From NCBI RefSeq assembly GCF_004010195.1, contig NC_057719.1:38970394-39034393 (forward strand): a DNA stretch of 64,000 nt, read 5' to 3'. The notes beneath the pieces were generated by a model. That model saw only the letters and a list, made by a program, of their open reading frames with translations, ran no database searches and was not told where the DNA came from. The position numbers were made by a program, and so were the translations under genes. Of the stretch, positions 40,235-52,515 are shown one piece after another. Numbering within the stretch: the first letter of the stretch is position 1; each line of letters begins with the position of its first letter. This DNA is from Chiloscyllium plagiosum. Its lineage: Eukaryota.

Positions 40235-42160
40235 TTAAAATTTCAATGGAACATTTGGAAGTTTGACAACAACTGATCTGGTGAAAGTATCCCACTTGGA
40301 GAGACAGGTGTTATTCTCAGCTGCTCTGGGTTGACAACTTGGGTTGTCTTGCTGCTGGTTGGTGCCACTTGGTATTACTGCGTACTCATCATTGTTGGAG
40401 TTTACTTTCTGTGTGTATTGTATCATACATTGATCTGACTTGGCTTCTGTTTCTTCAGAATGTAGCATCACAATCGATAATGACTTCATACAACTTTTAC
40501 TGACTGTATATTTCAGAAGCCTTTGAGAATGGAATTCTGACTCTCGCTCTCTGACTGACACATAGTTCTGGGGGTTCTCTACCTGCTCACAGGTGATGTA
40601 TTTGTTTGACTGTCCTCCACCTTTGAAGAGGCAAAGCTGGTGACTCTTCCATTCTCACAATCCCATATGTGATTTGAATGGTTATGGTCCTGAGATCTGT
40701 GCATACTAGTAGCCATGCTACTGCTGGACCTTTGGTATCTAACATTTAGAAGATCCAAGCTGAACGAGTATATTGTATGCAGAATGATTGCGCCACTGCA
40801 TGGAATTAGTAAGAGAGTCTCATGTAGACTGTACTATGGCACACCAATTATTGGGGTACATGTCTTTTAGGATGTGAAGTTGGCACATACATCTGTATCA
40901 ATTTTGACTTTCAGGGTGTGCCTACACGCTTTTTGAAGACATAAGATGTTGAAAGCTGTGCTCTTCTTTGTGCCATCAACATGGCGTGTGAGGTCATTCC
41001 TGAAAATTTTGATCAAAGTAGAGGCAATGTGACCTCCAACCTGAGTAACTTATTTGAGTTGTCCTTCACAGAAATCACACATGCTTTTTGATGCAACATC
41101 TGGTAGCAATATTGAAAGACTCTTGTAAATTCTGCCAGAAAAGATCCATATATTCCTATTGCCTACAGCAGAGGATGCACCCATATCTCTACAGGAGTCT
41201 CTCAGCAGTCCAAGGCCCTCCTAGTCCTGAGCCTCAGTCACACTGGTCAGCAAGGTTACTCAATTCGCCTTGAGGACATCAAGGCTGCACCTAAATGGAG
41301 TGGGAGATAAAGGAAAAACATAGACATTTTGAGGGCACCTCAGAGGCATGGGCATATGAAGAATATGTATATTTTATATATATATATTATATATATATAT
41401 TTGTGTAAACATACATTCAATTGCACTGTTCTAACATTTGTTATAGTCTGATTTTCCTACCAGGAGCTGACTTGTTGTGTGGATTCAAAGCAGTACAACA
41501 TGGTTCCACATTTGTAGAAGTGCTGTTCCATGAGGGGGCCTGTTATTATGTCACAATCATCAAGCGTGCCTGTAGTTCCTCTCATAAACCAGCAAACCAT
41601 GGACTTGGCATTTTAATAGACCTGCATGGACAATCCATGGTGGTAAAGATCTTTTACTTGGTTGGCCTTCCATAGACAGAGTGGGTATTACATTAGATAG
41701 GAAGTCAGAAAACTGGGGGAGTCTTCCCAAAGGTAAATGTTTCCTGTACTGCCTTCTCTTTACTGGAAGAGTGGACCAGAATATTGCAGGCCTCCATAAG
41801 CCCCTGTCTGTGGGAGTACCCATTATGTTATAGCAATTTTTATTTGCACATACCACACAGGTTTCTCAGCTAAGCCATTACATCACAAGCAGATAAGACA
41901 AAGAACATTGCATTTATGGTAACCAGGAATGCAAAATGAAACACTTCTCAATCAGGTGGGATACATTGAATCGCGTACACAATGGCTTCCTAGCCTGGTG
42001 ATCCATAACAAACAGAACATTAATGACTATGTCCATATAAAATCAGTCCCCTTCAAAGTGATTGACTATGAGGTTTTCATGAACTTCTCTGGCTGTTCAG
42101 ACCATAATCCTATCATCTTGGTGTCTGTGAAGGCTCTCCTGTGGTCACCGCAAGATCTTC
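40235..42160 (-). mobile_element. Degraded Gypsy/Ty3 LTR-retrotransposon pol relics (integrase core, aspartic protease, integrase C-terminal tail)
   Basis: Minus strand LKVKIDTDVCAN (40914-40879), IPCSGAIIL and DTKGPAV (protease); CNGLAEKPV (41882-41856, cf. SNGLAE); ORF 40235-40561 ends TRSVVVKLPNVPLKF* (cf. TRSGR.VKPP). Confidence 0.6.
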
Positions 42161-42224
42161 ACCTTTAGCTTCCTCCTCAAAAGATATCTCTCCCTCGTCC
42201 ACCTTTTGATCTCTCAAAATGGAA

Positions 42225-42452
42225 TTAACAGTCCAATGATGACCACAAATTCATTGTCAATTGTCAGAAAAACCCATCTGGTTTACTAATGTCCTTTATG
42301 GACAGAAACTGCCATTCTTGTTTGGTTTGGCCTGCACATGACTCCAGGCCCACAGCAATGTGGGCGACTCTTAACTGTTTTCTGAACAGTTAGGGATAGG
42401 CAATAAATGATGGCTTAGCCAGCAATACCCTCATCCTGTGAATGAATTTAAA
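42225..42452 (+). mobile_element. tRNA-SINE (second family) 3' part
   Basis: Similar to 32590-32850. Confidence 0.75.
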
Positions 42453-42473
42453 AGTCAATTGCAAAAGACATCT

Positions 42474-42690
42474 TCGAGGAGAAAGTGAGGTCTGCAGATG
42501 CTGGAGATCAAAGTTGAAACTTTATTGCTGGAACAGCACAGCAGGTCAGGCAGCATCCAGGGAACAGGAGATTTGACGTTTCGGGCACAGGCCCTTCTTC
42601 CTGAAGAAGGGCCTGTGCCCGAAACGTCGAATCTCCTGTTCCCTGGATGCTGCCTGACCTGCTGTGCTGTTCCAGCAATAAAGTTTCAAC
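42474..42690. mobile_element. Palindromic PLE family A mini-insertion with a central hammerhead motif
   Basis: 89 bp arms 42512-42600 / 42603-42691 with one mismatch; TSD TGCAAAAGACATCT at 42460-42473 and 42691-42704. Confidence 0.92.
42598..42632 (+). ncRNA. Minimal type I hammerhead ribozyme motif (PLE family A)
   Basis: TTC-CTGAAGA-A-GGGC CTGT GCCC-GAAA-C-GTC-GAA; predicted cleavage after 42628. Confidence 0.72.
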
Positions 42691-42714
42691 TGCAAAAGAC
42701 ATCTACCTTGGGTC

Positions 42715-43800
42715 AAGTGAAACTGTGGAGGGTACAGCAAACAATTATAATGTGGGATACTGGGACAGTTTACTGCTTGACCAGTCCAACCATCTGAATC
42801 TCATCTTTGAGAAGCCTATGATTTGTTCTATAATGGCCTTTGCAGAGGCATGTGCAGTGTTGTACTTCTCCTTGGTGTCAGTCTGTGGATTTCTTAGCGA
42901 TGTCATCAGGCAGATTTTGAGGAGATAGTCCTTGTCACTGTTCAGCCATCTCTGTATGAACCAAAGGGGATTGAAAAATGAGGTGTTTAGAATGTAGGCA
43001 TCAGGATAGCTCCGTGTATAATATGTGCAAATCTGGGTGGTGTGTCACAGAAGATGTGCAAATTCACAGAGTAGGGGCCTTTCCTCTTCATGAAGACTCT
43101 TGGTTATTGCTAAAGTGCTCTGACAACTATGTCAGCACAATAAATTGCTTCCCAGACATGTGGAAAATCTTTAGTGGCAGTAAAGCCAACTGCCCTGGTT
43201 GCCTGATTCACATCCAAGGTAAGGTAATAAATTAATGAGCCTCAGCAGACAGCATCAATCCCTCCCTGCATATATTTACAATTGGATGTCTGTGAGATTC
43301 TATAGAGATCTCCAGTAGTTTCCTGAAAATTTTCATTATATTTCCTTCTTCTAATGTCTTACAGCATCTATTGTTGTCAGGTTTAACTTATAAAAGGGGC
43401 TATTGATCTTCTTTGGGAGAAAGCAAGGACTGCAGATGCTGGAGATCAGAGTTGAGACTGTGGTGCTGGAAAAGCTCAGCGGGTCAGGAGCATCCGAGGA
43501 GCAGGAGAATCAAAGTTTTAGGCATACACCCTCATGAAGGATTGTGCCCAAAACGTCGATTCTCCTGCTCCTTGGATGCTGCCTGACTCGCTGTGCTTTT
43601 CCAGCAACACAGTCTCGACTATCAATCTTCTTTGTCAATTTATTTGCTAACTGAGGGCTGTTATCACCTTCAGGAAACCAGATTGGGATTGCCTCCAAAA
43701 CAATAAGTCTACTAGAACAGCTAATAGTTGTAGGAGACAACTTTCCAGAGATCCAGAGGCATCCTCAGTGCTGCCTCACAGTCATCTGTATCGACCTATA
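42715..43800 (-). pseudogene. PIF/Harbinger transposase pseudogene, interrupted at ~43330-43648
   Basis: Minus strand KVITALS, FQETTGDLYRISQTS, FPHVWEAIYC, FMKRKGPYSVNL..CD, WLNSDKDYLL..LMTSLRNPQT..EKYNTAHASAKAIIEQIIG..KMRFRWLD. Confidence 0.85.
43416..43620. mobile_element. Older palindromic PLE family A mini-insertion
   Basis: Inverted arms ~43449-43530 / 43535-43620 folding at TCATGA in a decayed core; TSD-like CTATTGATCTTCTTTG (43400-43415) versus CTATCAATCTTCTTTG (43619-43634). Confidence 0.85.
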
Positions 43801-45829
43801 TCAAATGTTGTAGACTCAGTTTTGAGTTTAACCTTGCTGTTTACATTGGCCTTCTTGTGCAGGCTATTGTGCCTCTGCAGGCTCGTCCGCTGCTGGTGTC
43901 AGTTCCTGCTTGTGTTGCTGCTAATCCTATTGATGCTGGAAAAGGTGATGCCTAGAGTTTCTTCGGAGACGAAAGATGGGAAAGAGTAGGGTTAATTCGT
44001 GATATTGTGATGTCACTTTCAAGAGATCTGTGGAAACAGTAATGTGTTGCAGATGGTCATATATCTCTCAGGGTTTTCACATTGCCAGCCTGCCCCATCA
44101 TGCCTAGGAAAATCCCTTACCTCAAAGTTTCCAACATCTCCATAACCATACATTCTATTGGAAGCCATATTCTATGTGATTTCAAAGGACAGCTCCTTAT
44201 GAGCTACATGATGAGTGCATGGTGACAGTGCACAATACCTGGCTACTGATAACATGTGCCCACACACCTTGCCATACAAAATTGCCAGCTTCTCCCAAGC
44301 GAGGGTGAAGTAGAAACCTCCAAATGTGGCCTGCATGATTCCACTGCCAGCGCTGCATCCTAGTATTTCTTAACACACCCCCTCTCCACCCCAACACAAC
44401 AAGACTTTATGCCCTCTGACCTTCAGTTTCCAACTCCCATCCTACCTCATCCAACTGCACCATTCCTGTGACTATTTCTTTTGCTTCACCAGATGCTAAG
44501 ACTGAGCCCAAGGCATGGATTTTCCTGGCTGACTGCAAGACAACAGCCTCAGAATGATCTTATCCCAGCCTAATGCTGACTGTCGTACACCTTTGGCTGA
44601 CCCAGTGTTCATCTCCTTCAGCACTTTTGACACTCCCTGTTGCTCAGACATCACCATCCTCTCTGTACTGCTTTCAAGCCTCGATGTCCTTCAACCATAA
44701 ATGTCACCTTGTAGTGTTCTGCTAATGTCAGTCATTCAGTCTGAAGCCTGCCCAATGTTTGCCGTGTGTCAGCTGGGCTTGGAGATAGTCAGTGTCACAG
44801 CCTTCCTCCAACCATTTCTGAAGGTCTCAAGACTTAAGAAACAAAAGATTCTCAATGCACTTAAACTCTTTGAAAGATTCACAGTCACCAGTGGGGCTTT
44901 TTTTTGCCAATCATTGCTGTAATTTAATTTATGATTTATAACAGGATATTTTTAAAGCTGAGAAATGTAGCACCTCCATATTTACGAAACATGCCCAGAA
45001 ACAGATTAAACTGCCTACATTTTTGCCTGTTGACCATTACTGAAAGCACTATGATTGTTAGATAGTTATAAGGATAAATGTGCAAGTCGACTGACAATGA
45101 TATAAAAGGGGCTATCAATCTTTTTTAAGTTAAACCTGATAAAGATAGATGCTGTAAAAGATTAGAAGAAGGAAACATGTAACAGGTACAGAATTAGTAA
45201 AGACTGACAATTTACTGTTAGCCACAAGCGAAGTAGCTATAATAAGACCAGGCACATTTTTCAAATTGTCACATCAACCCTTATCGGATAAAGTCAGAAG
45301 GGATACAACAAAGAAAGAGAAAAGTAGTTGTGATTAATGCCTTCCAGAGTCTGGTTAATCTTATTCAACTTCAATTTCTGAATGATTGTAAGAATTTTAT
45401 ACATATGTTAAAGGTGGAATGAAGTTCTCAATTAATTCTTGTATGGCCTTTGAATAAATAATTGAGTTTTGAATATCAGCAGTTACCAAATGTGATTCAA
45501 CAACGTTTAAAAGTATACATATAGCTAACACAAAAGCATTTTGCACAATAACATACTAGACAACTTGCAATAAGCAATAAATACAACTACCAGTGACTCA
45601 TCAAGTTTCTATTTCTTACTATGGAATAAACACTTGGGTAACAATGCAATACACAAAAGTCATTTTTGAGCCTGGGACACAGTAATAACATCCCTTCCTC
45701 TGAGCTAGGAGATCCAGGGGTGTGTAATAACATCACTGAACAGGTTGATTAGAAAACATGAAGTGAGAAGTAGGAGTTGGTGTGGCTGAGGAAGAGTGGG
45801 TGGTTGTGAAAGGTTTATGCTTCGGAAGG

Positions 45830-46020
45830 CATGATGTGGAGGTGCCAGTGTTGGACTGGGGTGGACAAAGTTAAAAATCACATAACACTAGGTTATAGTC
45901 CAACAGGATTATTTCGAAGTATAAGCTTTCGGAGCGCTGCTCCTTTGTCAGGTAGCTAGTGGGCAGGATCATAGGACACAGAATTTATAGTAAAAGATCA
46001 AAGTATCATACAACTGATGA
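45830..46020 (-). mobile_element. PLE family B terminal repeat with a mutated hammerhead core
   Basis: Reverse complement CTGACAAAGGAGCAGCGCTCCGAAAGCTT (G8 changed to A). Confidence 0.85.
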
Positions 46021-46024
46021 GACG

Positions 46025-46445
46025 TGAGGAGAAAGTGAGGTCTGCAGATGCATCGGCCTCCGAAATCAGTCTGGCGCCATTACACACGCGGCCGCTACAT
46101 CGCCCGCGGCAATAGTCTCCACCGCTGCCGACGATGATGTCACTTCCGCCCCCACCGACCTCGCAGCCTCCGCGATCGCCGCCCAGACAACCGCCTCCAC
46201 GATCGCCATGAAGACAATCGCCGACAGATTCGCGACCTCCGTTGCTATGGGGAATAACTCTGTCTCTGTGGTCACCGCAGCCACTTCCGCCCCCAGTGAC
46301 GTTACTAACCTACATGCCCACAACGCCGCATGTGTCTCCGCCCCCACGCCGATCTCCGTCACCATGCCTAACCCCGCCCCCCAGCCGAGTTCCGTCACAC
46401 CTAACCCCGCCCCCACGACGATCTCCGTCACCACGCCTATTGCCC
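46025..46445. mobile_element. PLE family A terminus (inverted) joined to a CpG-rich Thr/Ala/Pro-coding segment
   Basis: Starts GAGGAGAAAGTGAGGTCTGCAGATGC, as at 42476; followed by an undecayed GC-rich repeat (CACTTCCGCCCCCA, CCTAACCCCGCCCCC). Confidence 0.6.
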
Positions 46446-47029
46446 AGATTGTTTAGTAGGTCTCCTGCAACTGCTGGCTTTATCAAATACCCTTTCTCGA
46501 CTTTCCAGCCTCTATCAATGGCTTTGGTGTGTACTACTCGCGGCACTAGGTCTTCAATCCTAGGTCACCATTATGGCAATGTGCTCCAATTTTTGGGTGC
46601 TGTCCTTCTTTATCTCTCGCTACCAGCTCACAGCAGTTGGCATACATGATCCAATTCCTCTTCCTAGTTCTCTTGCACAGAGGATTTGCACTGGCATCTC
46701 AGAGTGCACTGGTGAAGACTGTTAAGATTGTGAAGAGATAAAAGTGCTGATAAAAGTCTTAAGCTGTAAGGGTTAATCTTAGATGAAATCTGGGACTCCT
46801 TGTCTGCAATTTAGCATTTTACTTCAAGTTACTGTGTTAAATCTAAAGTTTTTTTTAGAAGTTTAGGGGCAGAACCAAGCGAGCAAATTATGGCCTCTGC
46901 AAAGCAGGTGAGAGGAGTATAATAAGTAACTTTTTTTTTCTAGTTGGCTGGTTACAATTAAACAAGAGAGACGAGGGTTATTGTAGTATGTTGGTAGTAT
47001 CCCAACTTATGTTTCACCTAGAGGATGCT

Positions 47030-48160
47030 AGAAATCTGAAACTCATTGCCTGGTCGGGTGGTTGAAGCAGAAACACTCATAACATTTAAGAAGTATTTAG
47101 GTGTACACTTGCAATGTCAATGCATACAGGGCTACAGACCAAGTGCTGGAAAATGGGATTAGAAAAGTTAGATGCTTGTTTATGACCAGTGCAGACTTGT
47201 TCGGCCTGTGCTATAGACCTCTATAACTTGAATGCAGTGTTGGATCCAATTTGCTATCTTGCTGTGTTGCTAAACAAATTTTCCAGGTGAAACTTTGTCA
47301 AAAGCCACACTGAAGTCCATGCATCAACAGCACTAAACCAATCTTTACACAAAGTCATTGCCTCAAAAATTGTTAAAAATCATCCTTTTATATAGTCAGG
47401 CTGACTGACTATTCTTGATTAATCCTCACCTCTTCAAATGGAGATTAATTCTGTCAACTTTTTTTCAATACTTTTCCTACCACAGACTCACTGCATGTAG
47501 TTGCCTGGTTTATCCCCATGACACTTCTTGAATAATGACACCACATTAGTTGTTCTCCCACTCCTCCAGTAGCCAGAGAACAACTGAAAGTTGATGTCAG
47601 AGCATCTACAATCCCAAATCCTGCATCCCTCAGCCTGTGATATATCTCATCTTGCCCTGGGTCTTATCCACTTCCAAGCCTGCTAAAATAGCTAACACCT
47701 CCTTCTCCTCAATGCTAACTTGCTCAAGTATAAGATTTTTTAGCAGCAGCTAGAGTCATTGTAGACTATCCACATGACTAAGATCATCGTGGGCACAACA
47801 TACAGTGGAATAGTCACACCACAAGTAGAGTACGCAGACAGAAAAAGAATGCATGACTGTTAGACAAAGAAAAAACACCAGTCAGATAATACAGGAGTCC
47901 CTTGGGACAATAAGACTGTAAGATGTAGGAGCAAAAGTCAGCTATTTGACCCAATGAGTCTGCTCCAGTGATTCATCAAGATCCTGACTGCTTTGATATT
48001 CCTTAACTCCACTTTTGTACTTATTCTCCATAACCCTTGATTCTTTACTGATTACAAATCTGTTTCCTGAACCTTGAATATACTTAACAACAATACAGCA
48101 CTGTTGGATAAAAATTCCATAGAATCACTACCCTCAGAGAGAAAATTTCTCCTCATCTCC
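47030..48160. mobile_element. Cluster of old CR1 fragments in both orientations
   Basis: 3' UTR-like 47030-47230 (+), ORF2-like 47280-47730 (-), 3' tail 47910-48160 (-). Confidence 0.55.
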
Positions 48161-48694
48161 ACACAGTCTTAGATTTGGAGTAGTTGATGACAACAGGAGA
48201 ACTGTAGCTGACAAATAAGTGAACAACTTATTGATGCAGTCTTAGAAAATCAGTTGGATCCTTGGCAAATGCTATGTGAAATTAATGGAAAATAGTTAAA
48301 TCTTAAGATACAAATAACAAGTCATCCTTGTAGGAAAAAAGTAGTCTAAATAGATTATACTGTTGCATCCTTTTCACTTGAGATTCAATTCCAGGATGTC
48401 AAAACTTAAGGTTGCATTCAGACAAGAGAGGAAGAGGATTTACAGCCATAATTCCCCTCTTGATAATTTTAGTTAAAATTAAAAGGTTATAACTGAATAT
48501 GAAAAACAAATCCTTCCCAATCTGTTATTCTAAGTCACTAGAATGGAATGATCCCGATCAGTAAGACATGAAAAAATCATAATCTACCAGGATGTAGACA
48601 TGTCAATCATCCTGTTCCTGCAATTGCCCATATGTTTCCTCTATCTCTTATAAACAGGATTAAGAACTGCTAAACTTATTATTAATGAAATATG

Positions 48695-48966
48695 AAAGTT
48701 TCAGTTTAAAATTAGGGATTGACAATTTAAGAGAGAGATGACAAAACATTTCTTCACTCAGGGTTGAACGACTTTGGAATTCCATTCCTCAAAAGGCAGT
48801 GGATCCAGAACCTTTCATTATTTTTTTAAGGCACAGTTAGATAGATTCTTGATTACCAATGCAATGAAACATCATCACTCATACAGAATTGAGGTTAAAA
48901 TTAAATCAACCATGATCTTATTGAATGGCGGAGTAGGCTCAAAGGCCCGATTGGCCTACTCTTGTT
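48695..48966 (+). mobile_element. CR1 LINE 3' fragment
   Basis: TTCTTCACTCAGGG..TGGAATTC..TTGAATGGCGGAGTAGGCTC.AAGG. Confidence 0.75.
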
Positions 48967-49339
48967 TTTTGCTTGAAAAGAAGTGCAAACGTTAATTCCA
49001 CCCAACCCCTCTTCAATAATCTTCCTTCCAAAATGTCAGGTCACTCATTCAGTGAAGAATCTAAATAATGAAGGTTTGAAGTTGCACTTATTACGGGGTG
49101 ATCTCCACTGCAAATTAAATGACAATTCTGCCATGAGTTTTGTCAGACCCCATATTACAACAGACATCACAATCTCCCTGTTTTGTGGGCTGGCTGTAGA
49201 CATAACAGGAAGGCATGAGTGTTGCTAGTGAGGGGAGGTAAGAGGGGCAAGAGAGTAGGGGTTTTCAAAAACAAGGGCATGGAGATTGCTTTCTGCAGGG
49301 CCATTCCACATCAATGTTGGGTTCTTCAAGTACATTACC

Positions 49340-49501
49340 TTTTAGCTTAGCCTGCTGGACACACTTTCCTCATTCCTGAAGAAGGGCTTATGCCCGAAAC
49401 ATCGATTCTCCTGTTCCCTGGATGCTGCCTGACCTGCTGCGCTGTTCCAGCAACACATTTTCAGCTCTGATCTCCAGCATCTGCAGACCTCACTTTCTCC
49501 T
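49340..49501 (+). mobile_element. PLE family A terminal repeat with hammerhead motif
   Basis: CTGAAGA(49376)AGGGCTTATGCCCGAAACATC; ends GCAGACCTCACTTTCTCC. Confidence 0.88.
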
Positions 49502-49504
49502 TAT

Positions 49505-49734
49505 ATCCAATAGAGGCATTCATATTGGCCAGGAAAGGTGTGAGGTTAGAGTTTGTCTGTATCCCAACCTTGAATCAGGCTGGTTCTATTTCAAAGTAGG
49601 AATTGATCAAATGTCACATGGACTGACTGCCTACAGATTGTGTGCTTTTTGAACAAAATAGAATGTATCTGCAAACGCAGATTCACCCCATACATTTATA
49701 GGTATGTGTGTGTGCACACACACTTGAGAGAAAG

Positions 49735-49778
<44 letters not shown>

Positions 49779-50825
49779 AGTGAGAGAGAGAGAATGTGTG
49801 TGTGCATGCACGTTTGATAGAGTGAGTGTGCAAGAATGACAGAGTATATGCCTGTGAGAGGATGTGCGCGTGAGTATGGGTGTGTCTCTCTGAGTGAACG
49901 TGTGTATGAGAGGGGTGTGTATGTGTGAGTGTGAGTGTGTGTGTGCAAGTGTGTGAGAGTTTCTAGTGTAGTTCCCTCCCAGGTGGGGAACACTTCAACG
50001 GTCAAGGACATTTGGTCTTGGATCTTCAGGTGACCGCCCTCCAAGGCAGACTTCAAAGGCTGACAGCCAAGTTCAGTACCCGTGAGGATAGCTTCAACCG
50101 GGATCTTGGGTTAATGTCACACTATAGGTGACCCCACTGCACTATACACTCTCTGACACACAAGCATACACACACACACTCTTACACATGATCGCATTTA
50201 CACAGACCCTCTCTCATACATACACATACCCTCTCACAGGCATATACTCTGTCACACACATATACTCTGTCACACATACACACTCTTTATCAAGCATGTA
50301 CACACTCTCACTCCCACACACATGCATGCATACAATTATAAGTCTATGGGGTGAATTTGCACTTGCAGATACATTCTATTTTGTTCAAAAAGCACACAAT
50401 CTGTAGACAGTCAGTCCATGTGACATTTGATCAATTCCTACCTTGGGAATAGAATCAGTCTGATTCAAGATAGGGATAGACAGACTCTAACCTGTAATGT
50501 ATTGTATGAGCTGAAATGTCACCCTTTTTTTCAATAAAGCCTTACATTATCTCAAGGCTGTGACTTGAAAGAAGTTCTGGGATTGGGTACACATTAATGA
50601 ATCGAAACCTGCAACTCCATTCTAAGCGACTGAAGACTTAACAGCAATCTAGGTTTGACCAATACATTGCATCAGTTGTAGGACACTTTGATCTGTTACT
50701 GTAAATTTTGTGTCCTATGATCCTGCCCCACTAGGTAGCTGATAAAGGAGCAGCACTCCGAAAACTTATATTTCCAAATAAGCTTGTTGGAATATAACCT
50801 GGTATTGTGTAATTTTGTTACTTTG
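49505..50825. mobile_element. PLE family B 3' region with GIY-YIG C-terminus, CA-rich UTR and a large inversion
   Basis: ~49975-50130 (+) reads GEHFNGQGH..DLQVT..FNRDLGLMSHYR*; 49540-49930 is an inverted copy of ~50150-50495; decayed core CTGATAAAGGAGC at 50739. Confidence 0.85.
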
Positions 50826-51439
50826 GAAGACAGAGTCCTAACTTGTACAATATTTAGGCCAGCTTTTAAAAAGGCCAGCAGTCTGCCAACTTTAAACAAA
50901 CAATATGTTTCATAATTATGAAGATGAGAACTTTACTCAATCTTAGGTCATAATCACAAAATTCAAATATGAATGGGTGCTGCATGTGCCATCCATGTTT
51001 GAAGATAATCCGTTTATCCTTATGACTCCATTCCCTAAGGGAGGAAATTGTCACAGTTTTCCCTCCTGTTAAAAACAGATCAAAATTGTCAGGAAGGTAA
51101 AGAATCATCCAAGGCAAGTTTAATTTTTTTTCCCTTTGCAAGGCAAATACAATGAGAAGTGCTCCAGCAGACCTCACAATGAAAGCCATTGTCTCTTGAC
51201 CCTGCCTTCCATCAAGAATCCCTCAAAACCTTCACAGCATGATACGACGTCCTGCTGATAACTTTTTCCCTCCGGTAGCTATCCCAATGTCCATTGGTGC
51301 CCAGATGTTGGCTGCTGCTTCAGCCCATTTTGGACAGATAGCCAAACACTTGTTTGTAATTGAGGCCCTTAGAGAAAAAAAAAGGTCCTGAAAGCTAGAT
51401 TTGCCAGCGTTTGTGCATTCTGCCTCCTGAAGATCATTT

Positions 51440-52515
51440 TGGTATGGATAAAGAAAATTGACTAATGGGCAGGAAACAGTGATGTGGGATAAGGAGTTCT
51501 TTTATCAAGTTGGTGACCTGTGACAAATGAGGTTCTACAGGGAATCATGCTGGGACTGCAAATGCTTACAATATATATATAAATGACTTGAAGAAAGGAA
51601 GTGAATGTACTCCCACTATTGCTTAAATTTGCAGACAACACAAAAAAAAGTTGGAAAGGCAAGGAGTAAGAGGGAAACAAACAGTTTACAGAGACATTGA
51701 TAGGTTAAGCAAGTGAGCAACAAGTTGGTTTAATAGAGTATTATGTGGGAAAATGTGAAGTTGTTATTTTTGAAAGGGAGAACAAATGAGCTGAGTATTA
51801 TTTAATAGAGAAAAACTGCCGAAAGTTGCAACACAAAGTGATATGTGCACAAACACAGAAAGCTATCACATAGATGCAGCATGTAATCAGAAGGTTAATA
51901 GAATGTTGGTCTTTATTTCAAGCAGGTTGGAGTATAAGAGTAGAGAATCTTACTGCATCTGTACAAGGTGCTGATAAACTACATCTCAAGTACTGTGAGC
52001 AGTTTTGGTCCCCTTGTTTAAGGAATGATATCATTTCATCAGAAGCAGTTCAGAGAAGCTTCATTAGGATGATCTCCAGTATGAACAAAGGCTAAACAAG
52101 ATAGGAGTCTACTCACTGAACTTTAGAAGAATGAGGTGTGATCTCACTGAAACATACAGGATTCTTAAAGGGCTTGAAAGGGTAAATACTGAGAGGATGC
52201 TCCCCTCATGAGAGAATGTAGGACCAGACGCATTGTCTCAAAATAAAGGGGCACCAATTTAAGACTGTGATGGGGAGGAATTCCTTCTCTGAAGGTTGAG
52301 AGTCTTAGGAACTCCTTATCAGAGTGAGCTGTGGGCTCAGGGACCTTACACATGTTTAAGACTGAGACAAATAGATTCTTTATCAGTAAATGAATCAAGG
52401 GTTACGATGAAAACACAGGAAAATGAACATGAGGAATTTGGATTAGCCACGAACCTATTGAATGGCGGAGCAAGCTCAAGGGGCCAAATGGCTTACTCCT
52501 GTACCAATTTCTTAT
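51440..52515 (+). mobile_element. Decayed CR1 LINE RT and 3' end
   Basis: AAATTTGCAGACAACAC (KFADDT-like), LKYCEQFWSP, CR1 3' UTR. Confidence 0.85.

Noticed and set aside
40235..40561. 108 aa ORF as a terminal host exon
   Set aside because: No good acceptor; its end resembles a Gypsy integrase tail and it adjoins protease motifs
42498..42797. Mirror-image ORFs on both strands
   Set aside because: Artefact of the palindrome; the same pseudo-peptides recur at every family A terminus
46066..46649. Mucin-like or proline-rich host exon
   Set aside because: Begins immediately after a PLE terminus with no splice context; open frames are explained by GC-rich low complexity
49730..49960. CRISPR-like or coding His/Ser repeat
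   Set aside because: Simple GT/GA microsatellite of the PLE UTR; no constant repeat-spacer periodicity
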